NCBI GenBank assembly: GCA_018883125.1
Contig: VEQR01000005.1
Coordinates: 689-64,688, forward strand
Direction: 5' to 3'
Length of the DNA: 64,000 nucleotides
Source: Candidatus Kapaibacterium sp.
GTDB taxonomy: Bacteria > Bacteroidota > Ignavibacteria > Kapaibacteriales > Kapaibacteriaceae
Shown here: positions 29,696-39,192 of the stretch, one piece after another
Position numbering within the stretch: position 1 is the stretch's first letter
Layout of the letters: every line of letters begins with the position of its first letter
Made by a program: the position numbers and the translations under genes
Notes under the pieces: model-generated
The model's database searches: none
What the model saw: the letters and a program-made list of their open reading frames with translations, nothing else
What the model was told of the DNA's origin: nothing

Positions 29696-29768
29696 CAGCG
29701 CAAATCTACAACCGACATGGATGTGGATAACATTGCTAATCCTTTCATTTTCCGTAGTTTAGCCCTTG

Positions 29769-30596
29769 ATGACCCTACGCGACTTTGAGAAAGCCCTCCA
29801 GCGGGCCTTCCCCTTGGAAAGTGCCATGTCCGGCGACAACGTCGGTCTGCAGATTCGAAGTACGTCCGAAACGGTGCGCTCGGTGCTCTGCTGCATGGAG
29901 ATCACCGACGAGGTTATCAACGAGGCGATATCCTCTGGTGCAGACGGCATCATAACGTTTCATCCGCTGATTTATTCGCCCCTTTTCCGACTCGATGACG
30001 GTGACCGCGTCACGCGCCTTGTGGCCCGATGCCTTCGAGCGAACCTTTTCGTCTATTGCGTCCACACGGCCTTCGATGCCCATCCCCGCGGAACCAACAG
30101 AATGCTGGCTGACCGGCTCGGCTTGGTGCCGGTGCGTCCGATTGAACCGAATACGGCCATACCATCCGACGACATGCTTACCGTGGGCATGGGGCTTATC
30201 GCATCCTGTGATCTGGAATACTCAGAGCTTCTTCGACGCGTAGCTACCGTTTGCGGTGGTGTTCTACGCCACATTCCACCGACCGACGATCGCGTGCGGA
30301 CGGTGGCCATTGTTGCCGGCAGCGGCATGTCGTTTTTTGATAAAGTCGTCGGCCAGGCCGACGTCTTCATCACGGCAGATGTGAAATACCACGCCTTTCA
30401 TGCATCCCAAGGGGTTATCGGCTTGATTGACCCGGGGCATTACGAAATGGAACAGCATGTGGCCGAGGGCATTGCTTCTGAGCTTGGCAAACATCTTCTC
30501 GAATGTACCCTGCACGTGAGCATGGTATGTCCGAATCCGGTGAGGTATCACCACTCCGCGGTTGAATCTGAAACGGCTTTTTCTGTCATCTCCTAA
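29769..30596 (+). CDS. Nif3-family dinuclear metal-centre protein (YbgI / GTP cyclohydrolase 1 type 2 homolog)
   Basis: DNVGLQI...ADGIITFHPLIY...GHYEME are typical of the Nif3 family. The ATG is at 29769; the ORF-track start at 29766 is a TTG. Confidence 0.85.
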   Translation: MTLRDFEKALQRAFPLESAMSGDNVGLQIRSTSETVRSVLCCMEITDEVINEAISSGADGIITFHPLIYSPLFRLDDGDRVTRLVARCLRANLFVYCVHTAFDAHPRGTNRMLADRLGLVPVRPIEPNTAIPSDDMLTVGMGLIASCDLEYSELLRRVATVCGGVLRHIPPTDDRVRTVAIVAGSGMSFFDKVVGQADVFITADVKYHAFHASQGVIGLIDPGHYEMEQHVAEGIASELGKHLLECTLHVSMVCPNPVRYHHSAVESETAFSVIS

Positions 30597-30615
30597 CTTC
30601 ATACATGGAGCACGC

Positions 30616-31359
30616 ATGGAACAACAACTCCAACTTCTTGCCCAATTGGCCGCCGTCGATGCTGAACTCGACGAACTGCACGAAGAACTTGGAGACCTCC
30701 CCACAGAGGTCAAGAAGATCGAAAAGGTTGTGCGCACAAAGCAGGAAGCCGTCGATGCGACCAAGGCCCTTCTCGACGACCTTCACCAGCTCCGCAGTAC
30801 GGCGCATGTAACGATGCAGGAGAGCAACGACAAGGAGCAGAAGCTTGCCCAGCAGCAGTTCCAGGTGAAGAACAACCGCGAGTTCGATGCCATCACCAGG
30901 GAGATCGAGCACCTCAAGCAAGAGCGGATAAATCTTGAAGAACGCCTGCGTACGGCTGGCGTGAGGGAGGAAAACCTCAATGCCACGCTGGCCCAGCAGC
31001 AAGCTGAGCTTGACGAAGTCCATGCGAAGCTTATCGACAAAGAGAAGTCCCTTGAAGCCCTGTCCGGGGATCAGAACGACGATCTCAAGAAGTTCATCGC
31101 TCTGCGTCTGCAGATCATTGCTAAGCTCGATGATGCACTTGAGGCCGAATACGAACGCATTCGCACGTTCCACAGCGAGGCCGCCGTGGCTCTGCGAAAG
31201 AACTCGTGCAGCGGCTGTTATTCTGCTATTCCGTCGCAACGAATCATGGAGATGAAGTACCAGCGGGATCGCATGTACACCTGCGAAAGCTGCGGACGGA
31301 TTCTCTTTACGGACGATATTTCCGTTGACATCGAAGAACTTCTCGAAGCAGCCAAGTGA
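30616..31359 (+). CDS. Coiled-coil protein with a C4-type zinc ribbon (DUF164-like), commonly found downstream of nif3
   Basis: A long coiled coil is followed by CSGC...CESCGRIL. The start was set at MEQQLQLL (ATG at 30616). Confidence 0.75.
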   Translation: MEQQLQLLAQLAAVDAELDELHEELGDLPTEVKKIEKVVRTKQEAVDATKALLDDLHQLRSTAHVTMQESNDKEQKLAQQQFQVKNNREFDAITREIEHLKQERINLEERLRTAGVREENLNATLAQQQAELDEVHAKLIDKEKSLEALSGDQNDDLKKFIALRLQIIAKLDDALEAEYERIRTFHSEAAVALRKNSCSGCYSAIPSQRIMEMKYQRDRMYTCESCGRILFTDDISVDIEELLEAAK

Positions 31360-31386
31360 TCTGAATTTGGGTTCAACAATCGTAGT

Positions 31387-31830
31387 CGGGGATCCCGGGC
31401 AGCCGCTGCTGAAGGGCTTAGGCTCATTCGCAGAGGAAAGTCCGAACTCCGCAGAACAGTGCGCTTCCTAACCGGAAGGTGCTAAGTCCGCCAGCCCAAA
31501 GGCCGGCGGCCAAGGCAACGGAAAGTGCAACAGAAAGATACCGCCGATGGTCCGTGGAAACACGGACACAGGTAAGGGTGAAATGGTGGGGTAAGAGCCC
31601 ACCGGCAGGCGGGTGACCGACTGGCCCGGTAAACCCCGCACGGAGCAAGATCAAGCAGAATGCTGGCCACTTCGGTGGCGGATGGTTGTTCGTCATCCTC
31701 TGTCCCTGAAAAGGGGCGGTCGGCATTCGGGTAGATCGCTTGAGGTCGATGGCAACATCGATCCCAGAGAAATGGTTGCCTCCCTCGCCCCGTTGCGAGG
31801 AAGACAGAATTCGGCTTACAGGGGTCTCCG
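31387..31830 (+). ncRNA. rnpB: RNase P RNA, bacterial type A
   Basis: Conserved blocks are GAGGAAAGTCCG, AACGGAAAGTGCAACAGAAA, AAGGGTGAAATGGTGGGGTAAGAGCCCACC, GGTAAACCCC and ACAGAATTCGGCTTAC. P1 pairs CGGGGATCCC (31387..31396) with GGGGTCTCCG (31821..31830) across all 10 positions, including 2 G-U pairs. Confidence 0.85.
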
Positions 31831-31888
31831 CACTGCGATTTGTTTGCGGTCCATAGTTTTGCACGTCGACTTCACAAGGAGGGCTGCG

Positions 31889-32383
31889 ATGAACTCATTC
31901 CGACTCATACTTCTGGCTATTGCCTGCGCTGGCGTTGTTACCGCTCAGACCCAGCCGCGTGTGGTGGTGCTTCCATTTCGAAACATGTCGCACGACATCC
32001 AGTACAATAGCTGGAATTACAAGTTCGCCGACTCCCTCCGATCGGCATTGATTGAGGCCGACCCGGCTGGTGGAAGCTATACTATCGTGCCGGCGGACAG
32101 CGTCGAGCTTGCCCTTGCCGATCTGAACCTTGATCCAGACAATCCGCAGTACGAATCAGACATGTGGAAGGCTGTTCGAAACCTGAAGGCCCTGAAGGCT
32201 GTTCAGGGGAACTTCCAGCTGCGGGGCGAACGTGTGTTGATCAACTGCTACATCTACGATATGGAATCGATGCTGGCAGATGAGACAAATCAAGCGAAGG
32301 ATATCTTCAAGACACCAACAACATTTCTTGAAGCTATCCGCCCCATCGTCAAGCGAATCCGACCCGGACTTTCACCACAGTAA
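31889..32383 (+). CDS. Hypothetical secreted protein (164 aa)
   Basis: AAGGAGGG lies 6 nt upstream of the ATG at 31889. The signal peptide is FRLILLAIACAGVVTAQ. The upstream part of the ORF-track ORF (31613..) overlaps rnpB. Confidence 0.6.
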   Translation: MNSFRLILLAIACAGVVTAQTQPRVVVLPFRNMSHDIQYNSWNYKFADSLRSALIEADPAGGSYTIVPADSVELALADLNLDPDNPQYESDMWKAVRNLKALKAVQGNFQLRGERVLINCYIYDMESMLADETNQAKDIFKTPTTFLEAIRPIVKRIRPGLSPQ

Positions 32384-32401
32384 CATATCTCACTGCGAAC
32401 C

Positions 32402-33280
32402 ATGACCTTCGATCTGCCCGTTCTTCAGATTCCTGAGCAACCATCGGCCCGACGTCCGGAGTGGCTGAAGGTACGTGCCCCAGGGGGCGACGACTATGCC
32501 CGCATCAAGTCCATGATGCGATCAAAAGCCCTGCACACGGTTTGCGAGGAAGCTCGGTGCCCCAACATCTCCGAATGTTGGAATGCCGGTACGGCCACAT
32601 TCATGATCCATGGTGATACCTGCACTCGTTCCTGCGGCTTCTGCGCCGTCAAGACGGGTCGGCCCCTTCCTGTTGACCACGACGAGCCACGCCGTGTAGC
32701 CGAGGCGGTTGCGGCGATGAATCTCAAGCATGCCGTTATCACGTCGGTAAATCGTGATGAGCTGAAAGACGGCGGTTCGATCATCTGGGCCGAGACCATT
32801 GCCGCTGTTCGGCAGGCCTCTCCGCAGACTACGATCGAAGTGCTGATCCCTGACTTCAAAGGCAACGTAGAGAACCTTCGACGCATCGTTGATGCCAAGC
32901 CGGACGTGCTTAATCACAACACGGAGACGGTGCCGCGGCTCTATAAGCACGTGCGCCCGCAGGGACGCTATTTGTGGACGCTTGACGTGCTGCGTCAGGC
33001 GAAGGAGCTTGGCATGCGCACCAAAACGGGTGTTATGCTGGGACTCGGTGAAACACCGGCAGAGATCATGCAGACCATGGCTGATCTGTCTGACGTCAGC
33101 GTCGATGTTCTCACGCTTGGTCAGTACCTGCAGCCAACAAAAAACCACCTTCCCGTGGACCGCTTCGTGCATCCTGACGAGTTCAAGCACTACGAGGTGG
33201 AGGGTCTGAAGATGGGATTTGACGTTGTCGAGTCCGGCCCCCTTGTCCGTAGCTCCTACCACGCTGAACGCCACGTCTGA
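32402..33280 (+). CDS. lipA: Lipoyl synthase
   Basis: CEEARCPNISEC plus the radical-SAM motif CTRSCGFC. Confidence 0.95.
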   Translation: MTFDLPVLQIPEQPSARRPEWLKVRAPGGDDYARIKSMMRSKALHTVCEEARCPNISECWNAGTATFMIHGDTCTRSCGFCAVKTGRPLPVDHDEPRRVAEAVAAMNLKHAVITSVNRDELKDGGSIIWAETIAAVRQASPQTTIEVLIPDFKGNVENLRRIVDAKPDVLNHNTETVPRLYKHVRPQGRYLWTLDVLRQAKELGMRTKTGVMLGLGETPAEIMQTMADLSDVSVDVLTLGQYLQPTKNHLPVDRFVHPDEFKHYEVEGLKMGFDVVESGPLVRSSYHAERHV

Positions 33281-34047
33281 TGCGCTTTACGGTTCTTGGC
33301 AGCGGCACCTCTACGGGCGTACCGACTGTTGCCTGTGAATGCGCAACCTGCACAAGCACCGACCCTCGCGATAAACGCCTGCGCACGTCGCTGATGGTGG
33401 AGAGTGACGCTACACGCGTCATCATCGATACCTCTTCGGATTTCCGTCACCAGATGCTTGCTCATAATGTACTGGAGATCGACGCCGTCGTTTATACCCA
33501 CCATCACTTCGACCACATTGGTGGATTTGACGACCTTCGGCCCTATGCGTTCCGGCGCCGTGCAGCAGTGCCTATTTATGGAATGCCGGAGACGATTGAT
33601 GTACTCCGCTCGACATTCCCCTACGCCTTCGGTCTGGTCGAGTCAACAGGTGCATCGATTCCAAATGTGGACGTCCACGAGATCACCGAGGAACCGTTTG
33701 CGGTCGGAAACCTTGAGCTTACACCGATACCTCTGCGCCACGGTGAGCGAATGCGCGTTAACGGCTACAGAATCGGTTCGTTCGCATACTGCACCGATAC
33801 CAACCACATTCCGAAGTCATCGCTGAATCTGCTTCGAGATCTTGATGTGCTCATCATCGATGGGCTTCGGTGGGAACCACATCCAACCCACTTCACGATC
33901 GAGGAGTCACTGGCCATCATTGACCTTCTCCGCCCACGTCGGGCATATCTGACGCACCTAGCCCATCAGGTGATGCACGCCGTCGATTCAGAAAAGCTCC
34001 CATCCGGCGTAGAGCTCTGTTACGACGGTCTAACGTTCACCCTGTAA
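33280..34047 (+). CDS. MBL-fold metallo-hydrolase (PhnP-like)
   Basis: VLGSGTSTGVP...YTHHHFDHIGG is the HxHxDH motif. The ATG overlaps the lipA stop (TGATG). Confidence 0.8.
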   Translation: MRFTVLGSGTSTGVPTVACECATCTSTDPRDKRLRTSLMVESDATRVIIDTSSDFRHQMLAHNVLEIDAVVYTHHHFDHIGGFDDLRPYAFRRRAAVPIYGMPETIDVLRSTFPYAFGLVESTGASIPNVDVHEITEEPFAVGNLELTPIPLRHGERMRVNGYRIGSFAYCTDTNHIPKSSLNLLRDLDVLIIDGLRWEPHPTHFTIEESLAIIDLLRPRRAYLTHLAHQVMHAVDSEKLPSGVELCYDGLTFTL

Positions 34048-35031
34048 CTACTCGGCACTCTCTTCTGCAGGGGGCTCAGCAGCATCTGCTGCCGGATCCT
34101 CTTGCGACACATCAGAATCGTCTGGCTGGTTCTCACGAATATCTTCTATGCCCACTTCGGTTTCTTCGATTGCCGACTGCCAGTACGCACCTGATGTTGC
34201 TTCGGTGGAGATAGCGGGTTCTTTCCCACCAGATGATGGAAGATCCCCTTCCAGAAGTAACGCGAGCTGCTTGCGGAGCGTGCGGTGATCGGTCTGAATA
34301 GAGATCGTATCGTCGGCGTCGATCATCGTCGTTGTTGTCTTCAGCAGATCGTCGATCTCGCGAAGCTTTGGCAGATCCGAGAGAGAGTTCAAACCGAAGA
34401 CGCGAAGAAACTCTTCCGTCGTTCCATACAGAAGCGGCTTGCCGGGTGTTTCCGAGCGTCCAACCATGCAGACGAGCCCCTTCTCAACGAGAGAGTTGAC
34501 AACTTCACTTGAATTCACACCGCGAATCGCGTCCACCTCTCCCTTCGTGATGGGCTGACGATAGGCAATAATGGCCACCGTCTCCAGTGCTGCCTGGGTG
34601 AGACGACGTCGGTTCTTTGCCTTCAGCAACCGCTGCACCAGCATGCCATGCTGTGGCGTGGTTGCGAACTGAAAACCACCGGCAATCTTCACTATGCGGT
34701 ATGGACGTGCAGCGTTTTCCAGATTCGTGTTGATCTCATCCACCAGCTCATCAAAGAACCCCTTCGGAACGTCAAATGCCGGCGCTACGGTCTGCGGAGC
34801 CGGTTCGGCGGACTCCCCTTCAAGTGGCAATGCCTGCTGCCCAGGGGATTGTTGTGACGGGTCTTCGAGAACGAGAATGCGATGAAGCATCCGCGAGGTA
34901 AGGGGCTCCTCGCTGGCGAAGATCAGCGCCTCAAGGGCACTGCATTGCTCCGTTCTGTCGAGCGTAAAAAAGTACGGCAACTCGCGCGTCTGAATGTCGC
35001 GCTGCAAGGCTTCTTGTTCGAGTTCGGTCAT
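34048..35031 (-). CDS. scpB: Segregation and condensation protein B, with low-complexity insertions and an acidic tail
   Basis: ALEALIFASEEPL... and TQAALETVAIIAYRQPITKGEVDAIRGVNS...LLYGTTEEFL are ScpB motifs. The start overlaps the scpA stop (ATGA). Confidence 0.85.
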   Translation of the reverse strand: MTELEQEALQRDIQTRELPYFFTLDRTEQCSALEALIFASEEPLTSRMLHRILVLEDPSQQSPGQQALPLEGESAEPAPQTVAPAFDVPKGFFDELVDEINTNLENAARPYRIVKIAGGFQFATTPQHGMLVQRLLKAKNRRRLTQAALETVAIIAYRQPITKGEVDAIRGVNSSEVVNSLVEKGLVCMVGRSETPGKPLLYGTTEEFLRVFGLNSLSDLPKLREIDDLLKTTTTMIDADDTISIQTDHRTLRKQLALLLEGDLPSSGGKEPAISTEATSGAYWQSAIEETEVGIEDIRENQPDDSDVSQEDPAADAAEPPAEESAE

Positions 35032-35813
35032 TCTTCACTTCCTTGAGAAACATCGATCGTTGATGCAGCCGCATCATCGGCTGCATCGGCGGATGCTCGT
35101 TCAGCAATCATGATGTCGTCGTGACGCAGATCCTGACGGATGCGAATGCGCTGATTCTTGGCCAGCTCGAGCAAGGCTAGGAATGTCACGACAATGTGCA
35201 GTCGGGTCATACCGGCAACCAGAGCAAAGAGCGATGCCGAGGCCGCCGACTTGAGAACGTGCATGATCTCTTCCGCCTTTTCTTCGACGGAGATCGGAAA
35301 CTGTGTTACGATATGTGGATCTGCCTGCTCTGGGGCTTTGTCGATTGCTCGCTTAAGAGCCTTGAGCAGATCAAAGAGCGTTGCATTGCGATATGCACCC
35401 GTTTCTGCTGCATGAATCTCTTCGGCTTCGAACATCTGCCGATATAGCACGTACTTCTGGTTCTCGGCCGAGAGCATCAGAGAGTCTGATGCCTCACGAA
35501 ACCGCTTATACTCGATAAGCTGTCGCACAAGCTCTGCGCGGGGATCTGCGTCGTCGATCTCTCCAAGTGCCGTGGCCGCCGATTCCTCGCGTGGCAGAAG
35601 CATCTGGGCTTTGATCTGCACGAGCATCGATGCCATCACCACAAACTCACCGGCCAGCTCAAGATCAAGAAATTCTAGGACCTTGACGTAATCCAGAAAC
35701 TCCTGCGTGATCGATGCGATCGGGATATCATAGATATCCAGCTCATCCCTCTTAATGAAGAAGAGAAGCAGGTCTAACGGACCCTCGAAATTTTGCAGGC
35801 GGACGCTGTACAT
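35028..35813 (-). CDS. scpA: Segregation and condensation protein A
   Basis: MYSVRLQNFEGPLDLLLFFIKRDELDIYDIPIA is the typical ScpA N-terminus. The ATG at 35813 lies 4 nt after the alr stop, so the 72-codon upstream extension in the ORF track was rejected. Confidence 0.85.
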   Translation of the reverse strand: MYSVRLQNFEGPLDLLLFFIKRDELDIYDIPIASITQEFLDYVKVLEFLDLELAGEFVVMASMLVQIKAQMLLPREESAATALGEIDDADPRAELVRQLIEYKRFREASDSLMLSAENQKYVLYRQMFEAEEIHAAETGAYRNATLFDLLKALKRAIDKAPEQADPHIVTQFPISVEEKAEEIMHVLKSAASASLFALVAGMTRLHIVVTFLALLELAKNQRIRIRQDLRHDDIMIAERASADAADDAAASTIDVSQGSEE

Positions 35814-35817
35814 CGAT

Positions 35818-36975
35818 TTATTTACTTTCCCTTTGACTCGACCCCACGATGTGGGCCAAGCGACCAACATACTGCCGTGGCACCCGAGCAGAGACAGCCG
35901 TGATGATCTCATACGGGATCGTTCCGGCCCACTGCGCAAGCTCCACTGCATCGATACTCTCAACATGGCCGGACTCCCCTGCCTGACGGCCGAGTAGAAC
36001 AACCTCGTCAGCAAGCTGGACATCTTCATCCCCGATGTCCACCATCAGCTCGTCCATGCAGATGCTGCCAACAATCCTGCACCGACGTCCGCCGACCAGA
36101 CACCACGCAGACCCCGAAAGACTGCGCAGGTATCCATCGCCGTAGCCGATCGGCACCGTCACGATGGTGGTCTCGTCAGTGACCATGTAGCGCCGACCAT
36201 AGCTGACCGTTTCGCCGGGCCACGCCCTGCGCTTGGAAACCACAGAAGAGCGTACGGACATCACCGGACGCAGTGACATTTCATCGCTGTTCGCATGCGC
36301 ATAACCATAGATGGAAATGCCCGGACGAACCAGGGTGAAGTGCGTATCCGAGGACTCCCACAACGCACCCGTGTTTGCCGCATGAACTGCCGCAAAGCTA
36401 CACCCATCATCGACGAGTTTCTGATGGGTTTCGGCGAAGGTGGATAACTGTTCGCGCATGAATACGCTGTTGGGTTCGTCAGCCGTGGCAAAGTGCGTGC
36501 ATAGGCCGTCGAGACTCACTCCGGCAAGTGTTCGGATACCTCGTGATGCCTCTACGGCTTCAAGTGGACGGAATCCCTCGCGCATCATTCCGGTGTCGAT
36601 GTACAGGTGAACCGAGGCCTTTCGACCCCGAGCCAGTGCACAGTCGGAAAGAGCAGCGACACGCTCAACGTCACAGGCCACAGTCGTGAGATCGTATTCA
36701 ACCACGGAATCCACTTCGTGCATTTCGACCGGCGTCAGGATAAGGATGGGGCTTGTGATGCCTGCACGACGCAGTGTAATCGCCTCGTCAACGAAGGCAA
36801 CACCAAGAATATCAATGCCCAGCTCAGCAAGCGCACGGGCGATCTCCACCATGCCATGCCCGTAAGCATTGGCCTTCACCATCCCAAGCACAGCGCGTCC
36901 TTCGGCTCGCAGACGTACGCGGGAGAGATTCCACTCAAGGGCGTCGATATCGATCGTTGCTACGGTGGACCTCAT
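35818..36975 (-). CDS. alr: Alanine racemase
   Basis: VKANAYGHG is the PLP-lysine motif. The length fits. The ATG at 36975 overlaps the asparaginase stop (ATGA). Confidence 0.9.
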   Translation of the reverse strand: MRSTVATIDIDALEWNLSRVRLRAEGRAVLGMVKANAYGHGMVEIARALAELGIDILGVAFVDEAITLRRAGITSPILILTPVEMHEVDSVVEYDLTTVACDVERVAALSDCALARGRKASVHLYIDTGMMREGFRPLEAVEASRGIRTLAGVSLDGLCTHFATADEPNSVFMREQLSTFAETHQKLVDDGCSFAAVHAANTGALWESSDTHFTLVRPGISIYGYAHANSDEMSLRPVMSVRSSVVSKRRAWPGETVSYGRRYMVTDETTIVTVPIGYGDGYLRSLSGSAWCLVGGRRCRIVGSICMDELMVDIGDEDVQLADEVVLLGRQAGESGHVESIDAVELAQWAGTIPYEIITAVSARVPRQYVGRLAHIVGSSQRESK

Positions 36976-38027
36976 GCAGCGCCCCCTGCAGCATCTGACC
37001 ACTCAAACGAATGGCGGATCTGATCTTTAGACATGCCCGCACCAAGCGCACAGATCAGCTTGATCCGTGCCTTCTGGCCGTTGAGGTAGTCGGCAAAGAC
37101 GATCCCGGCCTCGTGCAGGTGGCGGCCCGCCCCCTCGTATGCATAGATATGCTCAACGCGTCCGACCGGACAGCGGGAGACCAGCACCACGGGAATGCCG
37201 TCATCCGAGGCGTCCTTGAGTGCATAGAAGACCGGCGGGGTAACGTTGCCAACGCCAAAGGCCTCGATCACCAGCCCGGAAACGTCGCGCTGACGGCAGA
37301 GCTCAATGAGTGAGGCATCCATGCCGGCAAACGACTTCAACAGGGGCACAAAGGTTGGCAGCGCCGATACCGAGAATGTTTCGCGATGAAAAGGGGCGCG
37401 ATGAATGAAAACGACCCCGTTGGAGATGCGTCCGATCGGGCCGAAGTCGAAGCTGGCAAAGGTGGACAGTTCCTGCGTATCCGTCTTCGACGTTTCCGAG
37501 GCCGCCGTGATTACCCCGCCGAGGCAGACAAGTACCCCAAGCCCCTTGGCGGAGGGATGGGCCGCAACCGTGACGGCATCTCGCAAGTTGCGCGGACCGT
37601 CCCAATCGGGCTCGCTGCTGTTGCGCATTGCGCCGATTACGATGATGGGCTTCTGCGTGTCCACCGAGCAGTCAAGAAAGTAGGCCGTTTCCTCAAGCGT
37701 ATCCGTTCCATGTGTCACCACGATGCCGTCGATCGACGGATCACTGGCATAGGAGGAGACGATCTTCGAGAGCTCCCACATCCGATCGATGGTGATGTGG
37801 GGTCCGGGAAAGGTCCCATACTCATGGACAATAATCTCGGCCACGTCCCGGATGCCCGGGATGCGCGAGAGGATCTCACCGCCCGACATGCTGGGAACAA
37901 CGCCGCCCCATTCCGCATCAAGCGTAGAGGCGATCGTTCCGCCGGTGAAGATGGTAACGATACGTGATTTTTCGGACGAGGGCACAGTGTTCATTCGAGT
38001 GGTTGCGAACCGCGAAGATAGGGGCAT
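36972..38027 (-). CDS. ansA: Type I L-asparaginase
   Basis: IFTGGTIAS and VVTHGTDTLEETAYFL are the asparaginase signatures. The start may instead be the ATG at 37994 (MNTVPS...). Confidence 0.85.
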   Translation of the reverse strand: MPLSSRFATTRMNTVPSSEKSRIVTIFTGGTIASTLDAEWGGVVPSMSGGEILSRIPGIRDVAEIIVHEYGTFPGPHITIDRMWELSKIVSSYASDPSIDGIVVTHGTDTLEETAYFLDCSVDTQKPIIVIGAMRNSSEPDWDGPRNLRDAVTVAAHPSAKGLGVLVCLGGVITAASETSKTDTQELSTFASFDFGPIGRISNGVVFIHRAPFHRETFSVSALPTFVPLLKSFAGMDASLIELCRQRDVSGLVIEAFGVGNVTPPVFYALKDASDDGIPVVLVSRCPVGRVEHIYAYEGAGRHLHEAGIVFADYLNGQKARIKLICALGAGMSKDQIRHSFEWSDAAGGAA

Positions 38028-38047
38028 GGTTCGTAGTTTTGTAGCCC

Positions 38048-39190
38048 ATGATCACGGCCAATCCACATCTGCAGACGATATCGGCGTATGCGCCCGGGGC
38101 AACGCCCGAGCAGATCAAGGCACAGTTCGGACTCGAGCATGTCGAAAAGCTGGCATCCAACGAGAATCCTCTCGGATGTTCACCTGCGGCAAGGGCCGCT
38201 GCCATCGGTGCGCTTGATTCGGTGAATTTGTACAACGACGGTGGACAGCTTCTGCGCTCCCGCTTAGCCGAGTTCCACGGCGTGAACGCGGCAGCGATCA
38301 GCGTGCATAATGGCAGTGATGCCATCATCCATCAAATCATGCGCACCTTCCTGCTGCCGGGCGAGACGGCCCTTAGCAGTGATGGCACGTTCGTGAGTTT
38401 CCGGCTTGCCGTAGCAGGTGCAGACAGATCATACCGGACGGTGCCTCTTTCACCGGGCTTTGCCTACGATACGCATGCGATTGTTGATGCGATCGACTCC
38501 TCGACAAAGCTCATCTACATCGCTAACCCGAACAATCCAACGGGCACACATGTGGATCGTGCGGCACTGACGTCACTGCTGAACCGCGTGCCCGATCACA
38601 TCCTCGTTGTGCTTGATGAGGCCTACGTAGAGTATGCCCGCCATCTTCACCCCGACTCCTATCCGAGTGAAGCCGAAACGAGTCGTCCGAACGTTGTGCG
38701 TCTGCGGACGTTCTCTAAGGCCTACGGCCTTGCCTCACTGCGTGTCGGCTATGCCGTGGGTCACCCCGATGTGATGCAGTGGCTTATCCGTACGAAGCTC
38801 CCGTTCGATCCGAATGGCGTCGGCTACGCTGCCGCCATTGCTGCTCTGGACGACCAAGACTTTGTTCGCACGACGGTCGAACTGAATGCTCAATGTTTGT
38901 CGATCATAACAGCGGCAGCGGCTGATGCAGGACTGCATGCTGTTGCCAGCAGCGCCAACTTTGTGATGATCGATCTGTCCTCAAGCAAGGCCGCCACGGG
39001 ATTCCATCGCAATCTTCTTGAAGGGGGCTTTATCTCTCGCCCTCTCGCTTCTTTTGGGTTGCCAACATGCGTGCGCATAAGCACCGGAACACTCGAGCAG
39101 ACGCAGCGTCTTGTCGAACTCCTGCGAAGCGGCATCGGCAATCCGTCAAACACGTTTTCATCGTCATCTGTTCACCAACCTGCTGTCTGA
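38048..39190 (+). CDS. hisC: HisC-family (histidinol-phosphate/aromatic) aminotransferase
   Basis: LASNENPLG, IANPNNPTG and RTFSKAYGLASLRVGY (PLP lysine). It lies immediately upstream of hppD, so an aromatic aminotransferase role is possible. Confidence 0.8.
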   Translation: MITANPHLQTISAYAPGATPEQIKAQFGLEHVEKLASNENPLGCSPAARAAAIGALDSVNLYNDGGQLLRSRLAEFHGVNAAAISVHNGSDAIIHQIMRTFLLPGETALSSDGTFVSFRLAVAGADRSYRTVPLSPGFAYDTHAIVDAIDSSTKLIYIANPNNPTGTHVDRAALTSLLNRVPDHILVVLDEAYVEYARHLHPDSYPSEAETSRPNVVRLRTFSKAYGLASLRVGYAVGHPDVMQWLIRTKLPFDPNGVGYAAAIAALDDQDFVRTTVELNAQCLSIITAAAADAGLHAVASSANFVMIDLSSSKAATGFHRNLLEGGFISRPLASFGLPTCVRISTGTLEQTQRLVELLRSGIGNPSNTFSSSSVHQPAV

Positions 39191-39192
39191 CA

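Noticed and set aside
28918-29768. Cobalamin or SAM riboswitch upstream of the trmO-metH-purN string
   Set aside because: There is no non-coding space: 4 nt before trmO, and only ~70 nt before the leading barrel gene. I saw no B12-box or SAM-I conserved blocks in that stretch.
31424-31888. 146-aa minus-strand ORF, and the 5' 276 nt of the 256-aa plus-strand ORF
   Set aside because: Both overlap the RNase P RNA gene. The plus-strand protein has an SD (AAGGAGGG) and a signal peptide at the internal ATG at 31889.
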